From assembly GCA_964016885.1 (NCBI GenBank), contig OZ024741.1:296546001-296610000 (forward strand): 64,000 nt of DNA, in the 5' to 3' direction. The position numbers and the translations under genes were made by a program. This document shows, in pieces, positions 36,600 to 51,600 of this stretch (position 1 is its first letter; every line of letters starts with the position of its first letter). Source of the DNA: Eledone cirrhosa. Lineage: Eukaryota. Under the pieces are notes generated by a model that had not been told where the DNA came from, searched no databases, and was given only the letters and a program-made list of their open reading frames with translations.

Positions 36600-38873
36600 A
36601 AAAAATGGCACGCTTTAGGAACATGTTGTGAGGCTAAAATTTAAGAGTATATTTTGCTTTGTGAAAAGGTTACTACAACATGTATCCTGTTATAATGTAG
36701 TTGAATAAAACCAAAGATATAACCTGTTGAGATGAAAAAAGTGAACAGAATTGTCTTATATATATATGTACATACACACATCATCATCATTTTACATCCA
36801 CTGTGACATATATATATATATATATATATACAGTGTGGGCTGGGTGCTTTTTGTCGTGGCACCTAGCTTGATAGAAACGTTTGTAAGTCAAACAATTTAA
36901 TGTAATTTAATCCTGGTTATTTTATTCTGTAATATTGTAAATCTATGGAGATTGGAAATTACTGATTGGATTAAGCCCTGAACTGTCATTTACCTATCTT
37001 GCTATGGACGATAAAATCACATTATATGGTTGTTATCAACTTGTATACTTAGCTGGTCTCTTGGACTTCTACAAAGTGCTGAGAAGTTAATGTTAATATA
37101 AAGAACAATGAGCCCATGCACAGAGATGCGATAAAATAAGATGAAGACCTTTATAGATGGAAAAAGAAGTTGCCATCGAGGCTATGAGGAATCGACCCCA
37201 TATTTCCCAGATACCACCAAGATGCTTTGAACCATTAAGGTAGGGGACCAGGAAAACTTTTGCCATCTTAAATTAAATAACTGAATCACAACTATAAATA
37301 TATATGGATTTTTACTTTTGTTCTTAGTTTTTTGTTGTATTTTATGTTGGTTTGATAGAGAATATATATATATATGGAGGCACATGGCTTAGTGGTTAGA
37401 GCATTGGTCTTGCAATCGAAAGGTTGTGAGTTCAATTCTCAGACCGGGTGATGTGTTGTTTCCTTGAGCAAGACACTTTATTTCACATTGCTCCAGTTTA
37501 CTCAGCTGTAGAAATGAGATGATAGGGACCCCAGTCCCTATCATTCCACTGCAAAGTGGTCGTGGAGGTGCCACAGCAAAAAAGCACCCAGCACTCACTG
37601 TAAATGAGGTTGGTGTTAGGAAGGGCATCCAGCTGTAGAAATCAAGCCAGAATCAGTTCCCGTCCCACCCTTGCAAGCAGGGAAAAGTGGACGTAAAATG
37701 ATGGTGATGATATAGGTTGTGTAGGTGTCATGACAAAAAACACCCAGTCCACACTGTAAAGTGGTCATGTAGGAAACAAGGTAAAAAGGCTCCCAGTCTA
37801 CACTGTAAACGTAGTTGGTGTTAGGAAGGGCAACCAACCGTAGAAAACCTGCCAGATACAGTCCTATACAAGCGAGACACAGTCCCCCAATCAATCTTGC
37901 TTCAAGTGGGACAATTCCCGTCTTACACATGCTAGCGTGGAAGATAGACGTTAAACGATGATGATGATATATATATATATATATATATAAGAAAATGAGA
38001 GAAAGAGTCTTCAATGCCAAAGTTGAGTTTTAATATTCATTTTATTAAAGCTAAATAGTAAGCCTTGTTATCACTGGGTCATCAGACAAGGACATAAAAA
38101 AGAGATGTTCTTGTTTGATGGCCCTGTGATAAACAGGCGAAACTCCAGTGTAACAAGACTCACTACTTAGTATATATATATATATATATATATGTATGTA
38201 AAATAATAATAATAATGAAATTATTGTGTACAGTGCTCAGGTGCACTACAACTAACCCACACTGTAAAGTGGTTGTATCGGCGACATGACAAAAGACGCC
38301 CAGTCCACACTGTAAAGTGGTCGTGTTGGCGACATGACAAAAGGTGCCCAGTCCACACTGTAAAGTGGTTGTGTTGGTGACATGGCAAAAAGCACCCAGT
38401 CCACACTGTAAAGTGGTTATGTCGGTGACATGCAAAAAGCACCCAGTCCACGCTGTAAAGTGGTCGTATTGGTGACATGGCAAAAAGCACCCAGTCCACA
38501 CTGTAAAGTGGTTATGTCGGTGACATGCAAAAAGCACCCAGTCCACGCTGTAAAGTGGTCGTATTGGTGACATGGCAAAAAGCGCCCAGTCCACACTGTA
38601 AAGTGGTTGTGTCGGTGACATGCAAAAAGTGCACAGTCCATGCTGTAAAGTGGTCATGTAGGTGTCACGACAAAAAACACCCAGGACACTGTAAATAAGG
38701 TTGGTGTTTGGAAGGCCATCCTGCTGTAGAAACACAGCTAATATCAGCCCCGGGTGAGTGAAACATGGTCCTCTGACCTGATCTCTGTTAAAGGGACAGC
38801 CCGTCCTACCCATGCTAGCATGTGAAATGGAAGTTAAATAATGATGATGATGATATAAATATATGTATGTCTG

Positions 38874-38906
<33 letters not shown>

Positions 38907-39609
38907 GACAAAGTTCAACTTTCATTCTTCTGAAGTTGCTAAATAAAATGCCAATGGATTACAGATGTTGATTTTATTAATTATTCCTCTGGCCTTGTGC
39001 CTATGGTAGGAACTTTTATCAACTTTTTCTTTCATCCTCCTAGGATCAATAAAATAAATACCAGTAAAGTACTGATGTCATTTTAATTGATTTGCCCCAC
39101 CCCTCAAATTTGCTGGCTTTACACCTAAATTAGAAACCATTATTATTACTTTCAGATCTCATTAAAGCAGGATCAGTCATATACTGGATTTGATTCAATC
39201 AACCTGTGGCAATGTCAGAGAACATTATTATTATTATTATTGTTATGCTTTATGAAATAGTAATCATTATAATCTCCTTAAGATAGGTGATCTGGAGAAT
39301 TAACTGTAAAAATGCTGGCTGTCACAGTGACATTCTGACTACGCCACACACCACCACCACCCACCATCTTAATAACACATAATGGGAGAAGCTTGATAGA
39401 CAGAGAAGAGAAGCGGGAGTCGTTAGTGTGTGGAAAAGGAAGGGGTGAAAGGAAGGGTATATTAAAAGAGGGAAAGAAGAAAAAAAAGGAAATTAAGACT
39501 ATACCAATACAAACCTGAAGTGTGATAATGATTTACAAATATTAATCCTAGCCTAGTCCATCCTTCTTCTCTTGTAATTAACAGCCATACCATCCTTTTC
39601 TCTCTCTAT

Positions 39610-39646
<37 letters not shown>

Positions 39647-42600
39647 TGGCGTTAGGAAGAGCATCCAGCTGTAGAAACCAAACCGAAATCAGTTCTGTAT
39701 GAGCAAGACATGGTCACCTGACCTGACATTGCTCACAACAGGACAACTCATCTAACCCATATTAGCATGGAAAAATTGGACGTTAAACGGTGATGATATA
39801 TATATATTTATAAATGCATCTGTTGACCTCTGTCTATCTCTTTCCCACACTTCTCTCTGTCTCTCTTTCTTTCTCACAGTACAGCATAGCATATACAAAA
39901 AGAGAAGAAGAGAAGTATTTGACTGTTTTGAATCTCAGAAGGATGAAAGGCAAAGTTGATTTTGATGGAATTTTAACTCACAATACAAATAGCTGTAACA
40001 ATTGTCATAAGGCATTTATCCACTCTTCCAATGATTGTCAATTGACTTCAATTTTCATATTTGACAAAAATCTCTTGTGGTTTCTACTCTCGGGTTTCAA
40101 ATAATCCCACCCACTGCTTATTAATTTTTCAGATTCCCCCTCCTCCTCTTTATTAAATTTTGCTCATCTATCTCTGGTGAAATTTTATTTTATTCCTGTG
40201 ACAATTAATTTTCTTTAGACATTAAAAAACATAAAAAATTATGTATGGCAAAAAAAAAACATTACAAGAAATCTCATGCATTATAAAATAAATAGGATGT
40301 GTTGGGGGTCTCAATATGTAAACTAAATTACTAATTCTGGTTTTTTAAAAACATCAAGGGAGACAACCTAGAAAAATTATCGATTTTCCAACATCTTGGG
40401 CCCTTGTGACAAATAATAGAATTCTATCTTCTACATCGTACTGAGATCAACTTTGACTTTTATCCTTCTGGGATTGATTTAATCGGCTTTCCTCTCCCCC
40501 TCAAATTGTTGGCCTTGTGTCTAAATCAGAAATCATTATTATTGAGCGTGATGGATTGGCTGACTCAGTAGAGCATTTGACAAAAGGCTTTGCAGTATTT
40601 AGTTATGGCCCTTTGCATTCTAAGTTCAAATCCTATCGAGGTCAACTTTCCCTTTCACCCTTGCATGATCAATAAAATAAAGCACCAGTTACATACTAGG
40701 GTCAATATAATTGACTTTCCACTCCACACAAATTGTTGACCTTGTGCTTAAATTAGAAAACATCATCATTATTATTATCATCATTATTATTATCATTATT
40801 TTTCTCTTGCAGGAGTCGTCTTTCGAGTATGACCCTCAGAAAGCAAGTGGCCCTTCGGAAATCAATCATGACGTTCTGTACCGTGAAGGGGAAAATTTGA
40901 ATGTAAGATATATTCAAGAAAACATTCCATAAGGAATCCAGGACAGTGTATTGATCACACCACACTACACCCTCAAATCATTCTACATTACACCACACTA
41001 CACTGCTTCATACAACATTCACCATACCTCATAAAAAAACACTACACCATGCAATCCCATACCACACTGCTCCACACTACATTTATCACATTACACCATG
41101 TGATGATTAGTGATATATATGCCTCCTGTATGATCATATGCTGTCTTATGCTGTATGGTCATAAACTGTGTCTTATGTACTGATGTATGGTCATAAACTG
41201 TGTCGTATGTGCTGATGTATGGTCATAAACTGTATTTTATGTTCTGATGTATGGTCATAAACTGTCTTATATGCTGATGATGGCCATATGTCTTATACTG
41301 CAAGGTGTGATTATGGTTAATATCTGTTGTATGGTTTAATTTTATTCTGTTTTCAGGGTCATATAACTTTTACTCCACGCCTTATTTTATGGGACCTGAA
41401 AGGAAGTTTAAATTGCTTAAGGAAAGAAGGTACACTCTATGATTTCAAATCCAACAGACAAAGAGAATGGTAAGATTCCATTTTCTTATTTTTATTGCTT
41501 TATATTTCTATTTTATTGATATTTCTGTTTTGTAAATGTTTCGGGGGTTGAGATGTGATGGTTGGGTGTTGAATACATTATTAAACTACCAACTTACTGG
41601 TTAATCATCATCATCACCGCCTCACATTCATTTTTCAGTCTAGCATGAGTTAGATGAGTTGTCCCATTATGAGACAAGTCAAATCAGATGACCGTGTCTT
41701 ATTCATGCAGAACTGTTTCTATGGCTGGAATCCCTTACTAATGCCAACCACATTTACCATGTAGACTTGGTGTTTTTTGTTGTGTCATCACTATGACCAC
41801 TTTGCAGGTTGGACTGGGTGCTTTGTGTTGTATCACCATCACGACCACTTTACAGAGTGGACTGGGTGTTTATTGTCATGTCATATGTATATCTTGTAAT
41901 ATTGAAGCTTCCTACATCTTCTAATACATATTGTTGAAATATTGTGTTGTAGTATATAATGCTGTTTGAGGGATCTGCCCTCACGACCCTCTCAGGAATA
42001 TGTGGGCGAAGAAGAAGTATATAATACTCAGATGTGTTGTGTCTAAAATATATAATTCTAGGTTTGCCTTTTGTTCTTTCCAGGCATGGATGTGTGACAG
42101 TGAATAAGAAACCAAAGATAGAAAAAAATGAATTTCTCCAAGACATCGAGAAACAGGAGGTTAGTGTTATTATTAAAGGTGTGATTTGGAGGGGACTTGA
42201 GTGCTATTATTAGCAAATCAAACAGCCATGTAAACTTCCTCATTAACTCATGTATTATGTAAATTGATTAATAATTGGAGCAGTTGGAAAATACTAGAAT
42301 ACCTAAAGTTCAGAATGTGTCTCAACCGACACTGTTACAAGTTAGTGCAGTATGAGTGGGGTGGGGTGGCTTTTACATCGTTGCTCAACCTTTTAGAAAT
42401 AGCTGCCAAATTCCCCTCTAATCATGCTATAATGTTTCTGTATATATGACCCAACAAGGAAGATCTCTGTATGATCATTCAACCTGATAGAAATAGCAGC
42501 TAATCCATATATATCCATACCATTGCAGTCTCCTCTCTTGCACAGTACATCTGATTCTTCTTGTACCTAGTTTTTTTCTTATCTCATCTAGGTTCTGTCA

Positions 42601-45600
42601 TTTATTCACACTAACATTATACATCCAGCGAAGTATGCTTGCTCTATTTTCTTCCAGCTTTCACATATTCTCTGCTTTCAATGTTCATGTTTTCTGCACA
42701 GTTAGTTCCAAGATGTCAGTAGGGTTCTGTCTTGCTATGACCTGTGTTCTTTGGTGTAGTTATTAATCCTTTAGCATTTACATTACTCTATATTTGCCAT
42801 TGTATTTTCACAGTAAACACTTTATTTTATATAATTATCTCACATAATATTGAATCCATGAGATTTTGATATTTAATTTGAGAACAATACCTTAACATAA
42901 GTATGAGCGGCCAGTTACAACCAGTTTGGACAGAAAGAGGTGAGAGAATTCTCTCTTAACATTTACATTACTATATATTTACTATTGTAAAGGCTTTATC
43001 TCACATAATATTGAATCTATGAGATTTTGATATTATTTATTTTGAGAACAATACCTTAACATTGGTATGAGCAGCCAGTTATGGCTGGTTTGAACAGAAA
43101 GAGGTGGGAGAATTCTGTCCAGATACAGCCGGTTTAACCCTTTAACATTTACATTACTCTATATATACTATTGTATTTTCATGGTAAAGGCTTTACCTTA
43201 CATAATATTGAATCTGTGATTTTGATATTATTTATTTCAAGAACAATACCTTAACGTCGGTATGAAGGGCCAGTTATGGCCAGTTTAAACAGAAAGAGGT
43301 AAGAGAATTCTGGCCGGATACGGCCGGTTTAAATGCTAAAGTGTTCAGAGAGGCACAGTTGACATATGTAAGTAACAGGAGCACTAAAATTGACATAAGG
43401 GAAAAAACAGGGCATTCTGTACAAAGTAATCTCTCTTGGTTTAAAACATTGTGTGATGCTACACTATTTACAAGTGTCTACCATAATTTCTATTCAAACA
43501 GGAATGTTACCATGTTCTCAGTGAATATGAACAAATGGAACTTGACTCTGCTGACAATTCTAAAGAAATTGAAACATCAGAAGGTAAATCTATTTAAAAT
43601 CTGTTTTGAAACTGTTGTTGTTCTTGTAATTATCAGTGCTGTTGTTGTTGTCACTACCAGCATTATTCTTGTTGTTGTCATCACTGCCAGCATGGCAATA
43701 GATTAGACCAAATACCTTGCCATATTTGTTCTGTCTGCATTAGGAAGGGTATCCAACCATAGAAACCAAGCCAGAAACAGTTCTGTATGAGCAAGACACA
43801 GTCACCTGATCCAACTTGCCTCAAATGAGACAACCCATGCTAGCATGGAAAAATGGACATTAAATATTGATGGTGAGGATGTAGGTCCTGAGTAATATCG
43901 GGGTGGGCAGTAACCACAGTTAAAAAAGGTACTCAATACATTAGTAAACTGTAAGCATCTTTATTTAATATTGAAATGACTTCTACAGGAGTAGAACTGT
44001 TTCATTCATATGAAATCATTAATGATTTCATACAAATGAAACAGTTCTAGTCTCGTAAAAGTCATTTCTATATTAAATAAAGATATATATATATATATAT
44101 ATATATACATACATATATAAGCACATACACACACATGATTTCTTTCCCATTTTCTTTCTTACTATTGTCATGTCACCAACACAACCACTTTACCGCGTGG
44201 ACTGGGGGCTAGTGGACTTATCTGATGAAGGGTTGGGTGTTAGTGCATGGGTGAAGTACCATTGTTTTCAATGTTCCCTGGTTGTTGTAGATGGCAACAA
44301 AGCTGAAGAAACCAGCAGAAGTGAAGAATCAACAGAAAAAGAAAATAATTTTGGCAGCAAAGTCTACAACTTAGATGACTCTACAGAAGTATGGTCTGAT
44401 TTCCTCAATGTCCACCTCCATCCAAAATCTGTGAACATTATTAATGAATACACCCATAAAAGGTATCAGTCTTCACTTACCATTTGTGACTTATTATATT
44501 TATAATGTTGATGATTAAACCTAGGTCAACATTAATGAGTAAGTACACTTATAAAAAGTACCATCATCAACAACGTTTTACATCTGCTTTTCCATGCTTG
44601 CATGTACAAGAGGGTTTTTAATGTTGTTTGCACATTTAAAAGAGAGGAGGGTAAGAAGGAGAAAATGGGAGAGATGGTGGATTTTTGTTGTTGTTTAATG
44701 AATACTTTACTCCGTTCCTGCACCAACCACTGGATACTACATCTACGATGGCTGACTTGCATAACAAGTGCTTTAATGAATTTGTTGCATCATGGTTTAC
44801 CAATCAGAACCACCAGTTCTACCTGTTGGTATTCAAACTAACTTAAATGGTGTATAGGTACGACCACACTTGGAATTCGCATCATCAGTCTGGAAGCCCT
44901 ATCTTGCTCAGAACATTGACCTCCTGGAAACTGTTCAGAGATGTGCAACCAAGCGCATACCCTCCATCAGACACCTACCATACTCTGAACGCTTTGCTTC
45001 CCTGAGCATGGATTCATTGAAGCTCCGACGTCTGGCAATGGACTTGGTGAATACCCACAAAGTTATTAACCATCTCGCCAATTGCAACCCTGAGCACCTT
45101 TTTGATCTCCATGTGTCTAACACACGTGGACATGCCTACAAAATCAGAAAACAGCACAGCTCCCATGACTTTCGTAGACATTTTTTCACGCTCAGAGTTG
45201 CTGAAGCATGGAACAAACTGCCTGCGTCAGTTGTTAGCTGCCGAGACACTGCATCCTTTAAGACACTCATGCTTCCCGAAATACGCCAAAACTACACCTG
45301 ATGTACCCCTTCCATACACATGCACACATGTGTGTATCATGACTCGTGCACTGTTCATTTTACTGATGTTTGTGCATTGCCCTATGTACTGTAACAATTA
45401 TTATTGTTGTTGTTATTATATCATGACTCATACACTGTTCATTTTCCTGACATTTGTACATTATTCTATGTACTATACATGCACCTTTGATGAGTTGTAG
45501 TGCACCTGAGCACTGTACACAATAATTTCATTATTATATACATATATACACATGTATAATTACCCTTTAACAAAGGACCAACCCTTTGATGTATATATTT

Positions 45601-48600
45601 TTATACACTCACACACAAACACACATATATATATATACATAATTACCCTTTAACAGTGAGGACCAATCCTTTGATGTGTATGGCTGTGGGTACCAGACAA
45701 TGTCTAGTACTGATATTTGGGCTGACATGGAAGACAGGCTGCATTATTTTTCAGAAGAATGTGACATGTTACAAGTAAGTGGCTCTTTTGTACAGTCTTA
45801 CACTTAAACAGATATCGCTTTCATAATTTCTATACCATATACCAATGTGCTGAAAAGCCTTCAGCTATGAATTTGAAAACTGATAACATAGCACCATCTA
45901 GTGTGTTCCAACAGAAGCTAAGGACGGGTAGCTAGCGATGAGGACGTCACCATTTCTGATTCTGGTTGTTATCAAGCTAGCACTCCCTGACCCACTTGCT
46001 GTTGTAACTTAACATAAGCAAAAACATAGAGTATATTTTAGAAGACTATGTACATGGCTCACAGCAGAAACACACAAATCTCACTTGACCTACCTTTCAG
46101 CATCCCTATGTTGATGGTTGCTACCCTGAAGTCACAGGTGGGGCATACTGTTTTCCTGGTGGTGGGTGATATCTTTACCCAGTTCTTTGTGCCTGTTTTG
46201 GCGTTTGCATCATGACCTTGTTCATGTGGATTGGCAGTATCGGTAGAGGGTCGAACGCCATGCTTTGACGCATAGAGTTACGGCCCTTGCCATTCTGAGT
46301 TCAAATCCCGCCGAGGTTAACTTTGCCTTTCATCCTTATGGGGTCGATAAAATAAAGTACCAGTAATACACTGGGTAATTGCTGGCCTTGTGCCAAAAGT
46401 AGAAACAATTATTGATATTACTTGCTGGTCAACGCTATTTGGATGTGTTAGTGGTTTCTAAATTAGCAATAGGGTTCTTTTTGAGGGAGGGGGTTATTAT
46501 GATTAGAAGATGGTTGCCTCCATGGGTGTGGAGGTGTGTGCATAATGTGGTTAGGTTTATATGGCTGTCTCATTTTTGATTGGATTTTGTTATGGTGGAA
46601 CGTGGGAGAAGGCAGGTGGGAAAAATGGCTATGATAATCAAGACGCTTTTTTTGGCTATAGACTACATGTGTTATGATTAAGATATTCTAAATAATTATT
46701 TACTTAAGAAATATGACAAAATAAATATACAAAAATAATTAATCAGTATTGACAAAATAAATATATAAATGTATATATATATACGTACACACATATATAT
46801 ATATAAATACGTATGTATATATATATAAATATGTATGTATATATATATATATATACATACATATATACATATATATATATACACACACGCAGATATATAT
46901 ATATACACATACACTCACACATATTATCATCCATGATTTTAAAGTTTTCACACACATATTCTTACCATCTCCTTTTTATAAAGACTTGTTACAACTCTCT
47001 CTCACATAGACACTGTTACCATCCCCTTTCCATAAAGACTTTTTACAGCTATCTCACCAATAAACACCCTCTTACTATGTCTTTTCTATAAAGACTTGCT
47101 ACAGATCTCTCACAGGAGTTGACATCAGAAAAAAAAAAGGTTGATTTCCCATCATTGTTGTTGTCATAAAAGTGTGAATATATCCTAACAGAGCCAAAAA
47201 GTAACACAATCAGCAACATTAAAGAAACACAAAAGCTCAAGGAAGGAAGAAAAAAAATGGTAGTTAGTTAATTGAGGGAGAACAATACAATACTGCTATA
47301 GATATAAACAGAAGTTTAAAGTAATGATTGTTTATTAGAAAAGGGGAAAGAGGCACAACAGGAATGTTCTACCAATTGTGTTAACATTATTTTCAGTAAA
47401 TTCATCCACCTGCTTTTCGCTGATAATACAGCAAACATCAAAACACAATACTTGAAAGCGGTTTCTAAATTCAAGATTTAAAGCAAATATCAAAGTGACA
47501 AGACCAGAACATTTTGATGGAAGAATTTTTAATTCCCGAAATATTAGGACGAAATAATAATAATAATAATAATTGTTTCTACGTTTGGCACAAGGCCAGC
47601 AATTATTCAGTGCATTACTGGTACTTTATTTTATCGACCCCGTAAGGATGAAAGGGAAAGTTAACCTCGGTGGGATTTGAACTCAATAATAATAATAATA
47701 ATGATGATTTCCACTATAGGCACAAGTCCAGCAATTTCGGGCAAGAGGAAAGTCGATTACATCGACCCCAGTGCATTACTGATGCTTTATTTTATCGACC
47801 TCATAAGGATGAAAGGCAAAGCAAACCTCAGCAGGATTTGAACTTAAACCATAAAGGGATGTAACTATATCCTGCAAAACATGGTGTATCATGCTCTAAC
47901 AATACTGCCCCAGGACTAATTAGTCGTTATATAGTTGCTATTTCTAGCACACAATTGGACCAGCATGAGGTTTCCCCCATTTAGCTGCTATTTCTAGCAC
48001 ACCTATTGACCACCATAAGGTTCCTTCAATTTAGCTGCTATTTCTAGCACAACTATTGACCACCATGAGGTTCCCCCTATTTATCTGCTATTTCTACCAT
48101 GCTTATGGTCCACCATAAGGTTCTCCTTATTTGGCTGCTATTTGTAGCAAACCTATAAATGACCACCAAGAGGTACCCCCTATTTGGCTGCTATTTCTAG
48201 CACACTTATGGACCACCACGAGGTCCCGCTATTTAGCTGCTATTTCTAGCACATCTATTGACCACCATGAGGTTTAGCTGATATAGCTGCTATTTCTAAC
48301 ACACCTATGGATCACCATGAGGTTCCCACAATTTAGCTGGTATTTCTAACGCACTTATGGACCACCATGAGGTTCCCCTATTTAGCTGCTATTTCTAGCA
48401 CAATTATTGACCACCATAGGGTTCCCTTAGCTACTATTTTTAGCTCAGCTATGTAACACCATGAGGGTCTCCCTATTTAGTTGCTATTTCTAGCAAAGAT
48501 ATAGTCCACCATGAGGTTTGCCCTATTTGGCTGCTATTTCTAGCACAACTATGGACCACCATGAGGTTCCCCTATTTAGCTGCTATTTTCTAGCAAATAT

Positions 48601-51600
48601 ATAAACAACCATGAAGTACCCCCTATTTAGCTGCTATTTCTAGCAAACATAGACCACCATGTGAAGGCGCATGGCTTAGTGGTTAGAGCATTGGGCTTGC
48701 AATCGAAAGGTTGTGAGTTCAATTCTCGGACCAGGTGACATGTTTCCTTGAGCAAGACACTTTATTTCACGTTGCTCCAGTTTACTCAGCTGTAGAAGTG
48801 AGATGATAGGACTGGGGTCCCTATCATTAAATCACCCCAGACACTGCCAATAAGATATACCTTGGAGGAGGCCAGCTAAACCTGCATAGGTGTGAGCTGT
48901 CACACACATAGACCACCATGAGGTTCCCCTTATTTAGCTGCTGTTTCTAGCACTTTTATGGACTACCATGAGGTTCCTCTTATTTAGCTGCTGTTTCAAG
49001 CACATCTATGGACCACCACGCGGCACCCTGATTTCGCTGCTACTCCGATTTAGCTGCTGTTTCTAGCATATTTATGGACCACAATGAGGTTTTCCCAGTT
49101 TACCTGATGTAGCTGTTATTTCTAGCACACCTATGGATCACCATGAGGTTTCCCCTATTTAGCTGCTATTTCTAGCACACTTATGGACCACTGTAGGGTT
49201 CCCTTTAGCTACTATTTCTAGCTCAGTTATGTAGCACCATGTGGTTCCCCCTTTTTAGCTGCTATTTCTAGCTCATCTATAGACCATGATGCTCCACCTA
49301 TTTAGCTGCTATTTCTAGCACATGTATGGACCATCATCAGGTACCCCTATTGAGCTGCTATTTCTAGCACACTTGTGGACCTCCATGTAGTTCCACTTAT
49401 TTCGCTTATGTAGCTGCTATTTCTAGCACACCTATGGCTCACCATAAGGTTACCCCTATTTATCTGCTATTTTTAGCACAACTATGGACCACCATGTGGT
49501 TCTCCCTATTTAACTGCTATTTCTAGCACACTTATAGACCACTATGATGTTCCCCCTATTTAGCTGCTATTTCTAGCACAGCTATGGACCACCCTGAGGT
49601 TCCTCTATTTAGCAGCTATTTCTAGCACAGTTATGGACCACCATGAGGTTCTGCGTATTTAGCTACTATTTCTAGCAAACCTATAGACCCACGTGAGTTT
49701 CCTCCTATTTAGCTGCTATTTCTAACCTTAGCCCTAACCACATACATTAAATATTCTGGATATCATCACCATTTACTCACATCATTACCATATATACTTG
49801 TATATATATGTGTGTGTATATATATTTTTATACACAGACATAAACACACAGATGTATATGCATATACACACACAAACATATGGTATGGTCCCATAACTCC
49901 TGTGGTAGTCATAGGGGTGCCATATTGACATATGGCTTTTCTTAGGTATTTTAAAATTGGTGATGCTCATTCCTCTCCCGATCTAAGTACAGCAGATTTC
50001 TTCCAGAGAGCAATAGAAAGTGAGAGAGAGGAAGTGAAAAAGAGATATAGAGGAAGAATCAACCCCAGTAGACTGGTACTTTTTTTTATCAACCTTGAAT
50101 GGATGAAAGGCAAAGTTGACTTTAGCAGAACTTGAACACAGAAAGCAGATGGCTGAGACAAATACCATAAAGCACTCTATACAATGTTCTAACAACTGTC
50201 AATTTGTCATACACATGCATATATATATATATATATAATGTGGAGAACGAATGGGAGAGAGAGAAATTACCCTCAGTAGATCCGACAGAGGGACCAGCTA
50301 TTGAGATTGACGAATATAGGGTCCAAGAGACGATTAAGGAAATGAAAAATGGTAAGGCCGCTGGACCATCGGGGATAGTTGCTGAGATGCTGAAGGCATC
50401 AGGGGACGTAGGCACTAAACTGGCTGCACGCATCATCAATCAAGCTATATATGGCGATGTCATACCCAAAGTCTGGTGCAGCAGTATTCTCATAAATTGC
50501 TACAAAGGTAAAGGGGATGCTCTGGAGAGGAGCAATTATAGAGGTATAAAACTGATGGATCAGGTTATGAAAGTGGCAGAAATGATATTAGCACAACTAA
50601 TTAGAGAAAGGGTCAAACTAGATGAGATGCAGTTTGGTTTTGTGCCTAGGAAAAGTACAACAGATGCCCTCTTCTTGGTGAGACAATTACAAGAGAGGTT
50701 CTTACAGAAGAATATGCCACTATACTTAGCCTTTGTTGACCTAGAGAAGGCCTTTGATAAGGTACCCCAATCTGTCATCTGGTGGTCCCTAAGGAAACTA
50801 GGTGTTGAATGGCTTGTGAGGACAGTGCAAACTTTGTACAGAGGTGCTGTCAGTAAAGTCAGGGTAGGAATGGAGTTTAGTGAGGAATTACAGATACAAG
50901 TAGGAGTACATCAGGGTTCGGTCCTCAGCCCGCTCTTGTTCATTATAGTCCTCCAAGCCATAACAGAGGAGTTTAAGACTGGCTGTCCATGGGAACTTCT
51001 CTGTGCTGATGATCTGGTTCTTATAGCAGAATCAGTAGGGGAGCTAGAGAATAAATTCTGGCTATGGAAACAGCAGTTGGAATCAAGAAGACTGAGAGTG
51101 AACCTAGCTAAGACAAAAGTGTTGATGAGTAGAAAAGAGGACAAAACTCTGATTCCGTCAGGGAAATGGCCATGTTCGATATGCAGAAAAAGAACTGGCA
51201 TAAATTCTATAAAATGCACACAATGCAGATCTTGGGTACACAAGAGATGTAGTGGGATAGCAGGCAAACTAACAGGTAGGGAGAAATACGTATGCAGTAG
51301 ATGTACATGGAAATTAGACAGTAGAAGTCGCATTGATAGACACATTTTTCAAATGCAGGTGGGTGCTATAGAAGTGGTTGATAGCTTCCGGTACCTAGGT
51401 GATCAGATTAGCATGTCCCGAGGTCATAGTATCTAGAATAAGGACGGGTTGGAAGAAGTTTAGGGAGCTGCTTCCTCTGCTGACAAAGAAGGGTTTCTCC
51501 CTGCGTATGAAAGGCCGGTTATATGATGCCTGTGTGAGGAGCGCGATGCTGCATGGTAGTGAGACACTTGGGCAGCAACTGCAGAGGATATGTGACGGCT

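Noticed and set aside
37376-37450. tRNA-like sequences (also at 48662, 53626, 54399 and the heads of the abundant SINE)
   Set aside because: They continue into SINE bodies, lack a clean acceptor stem and are multi-copy; SINE heads rather than tRNA genes.
43341-43706. 121-aa ORF with a hydrophobic tail overlapping exon 5
   Set aside because: It is in a different frame from the phase-consistent Misato exon, and the tail comes from GTT repeats.
47930-49725. CRISPR-like appearance of regularly spaced repeats (also 38256-38700 and 23878-24240)
   Set aside because: The intervening parts are homologous to each other, there are no cas genes, and the context is eukaryotic intron DNA.
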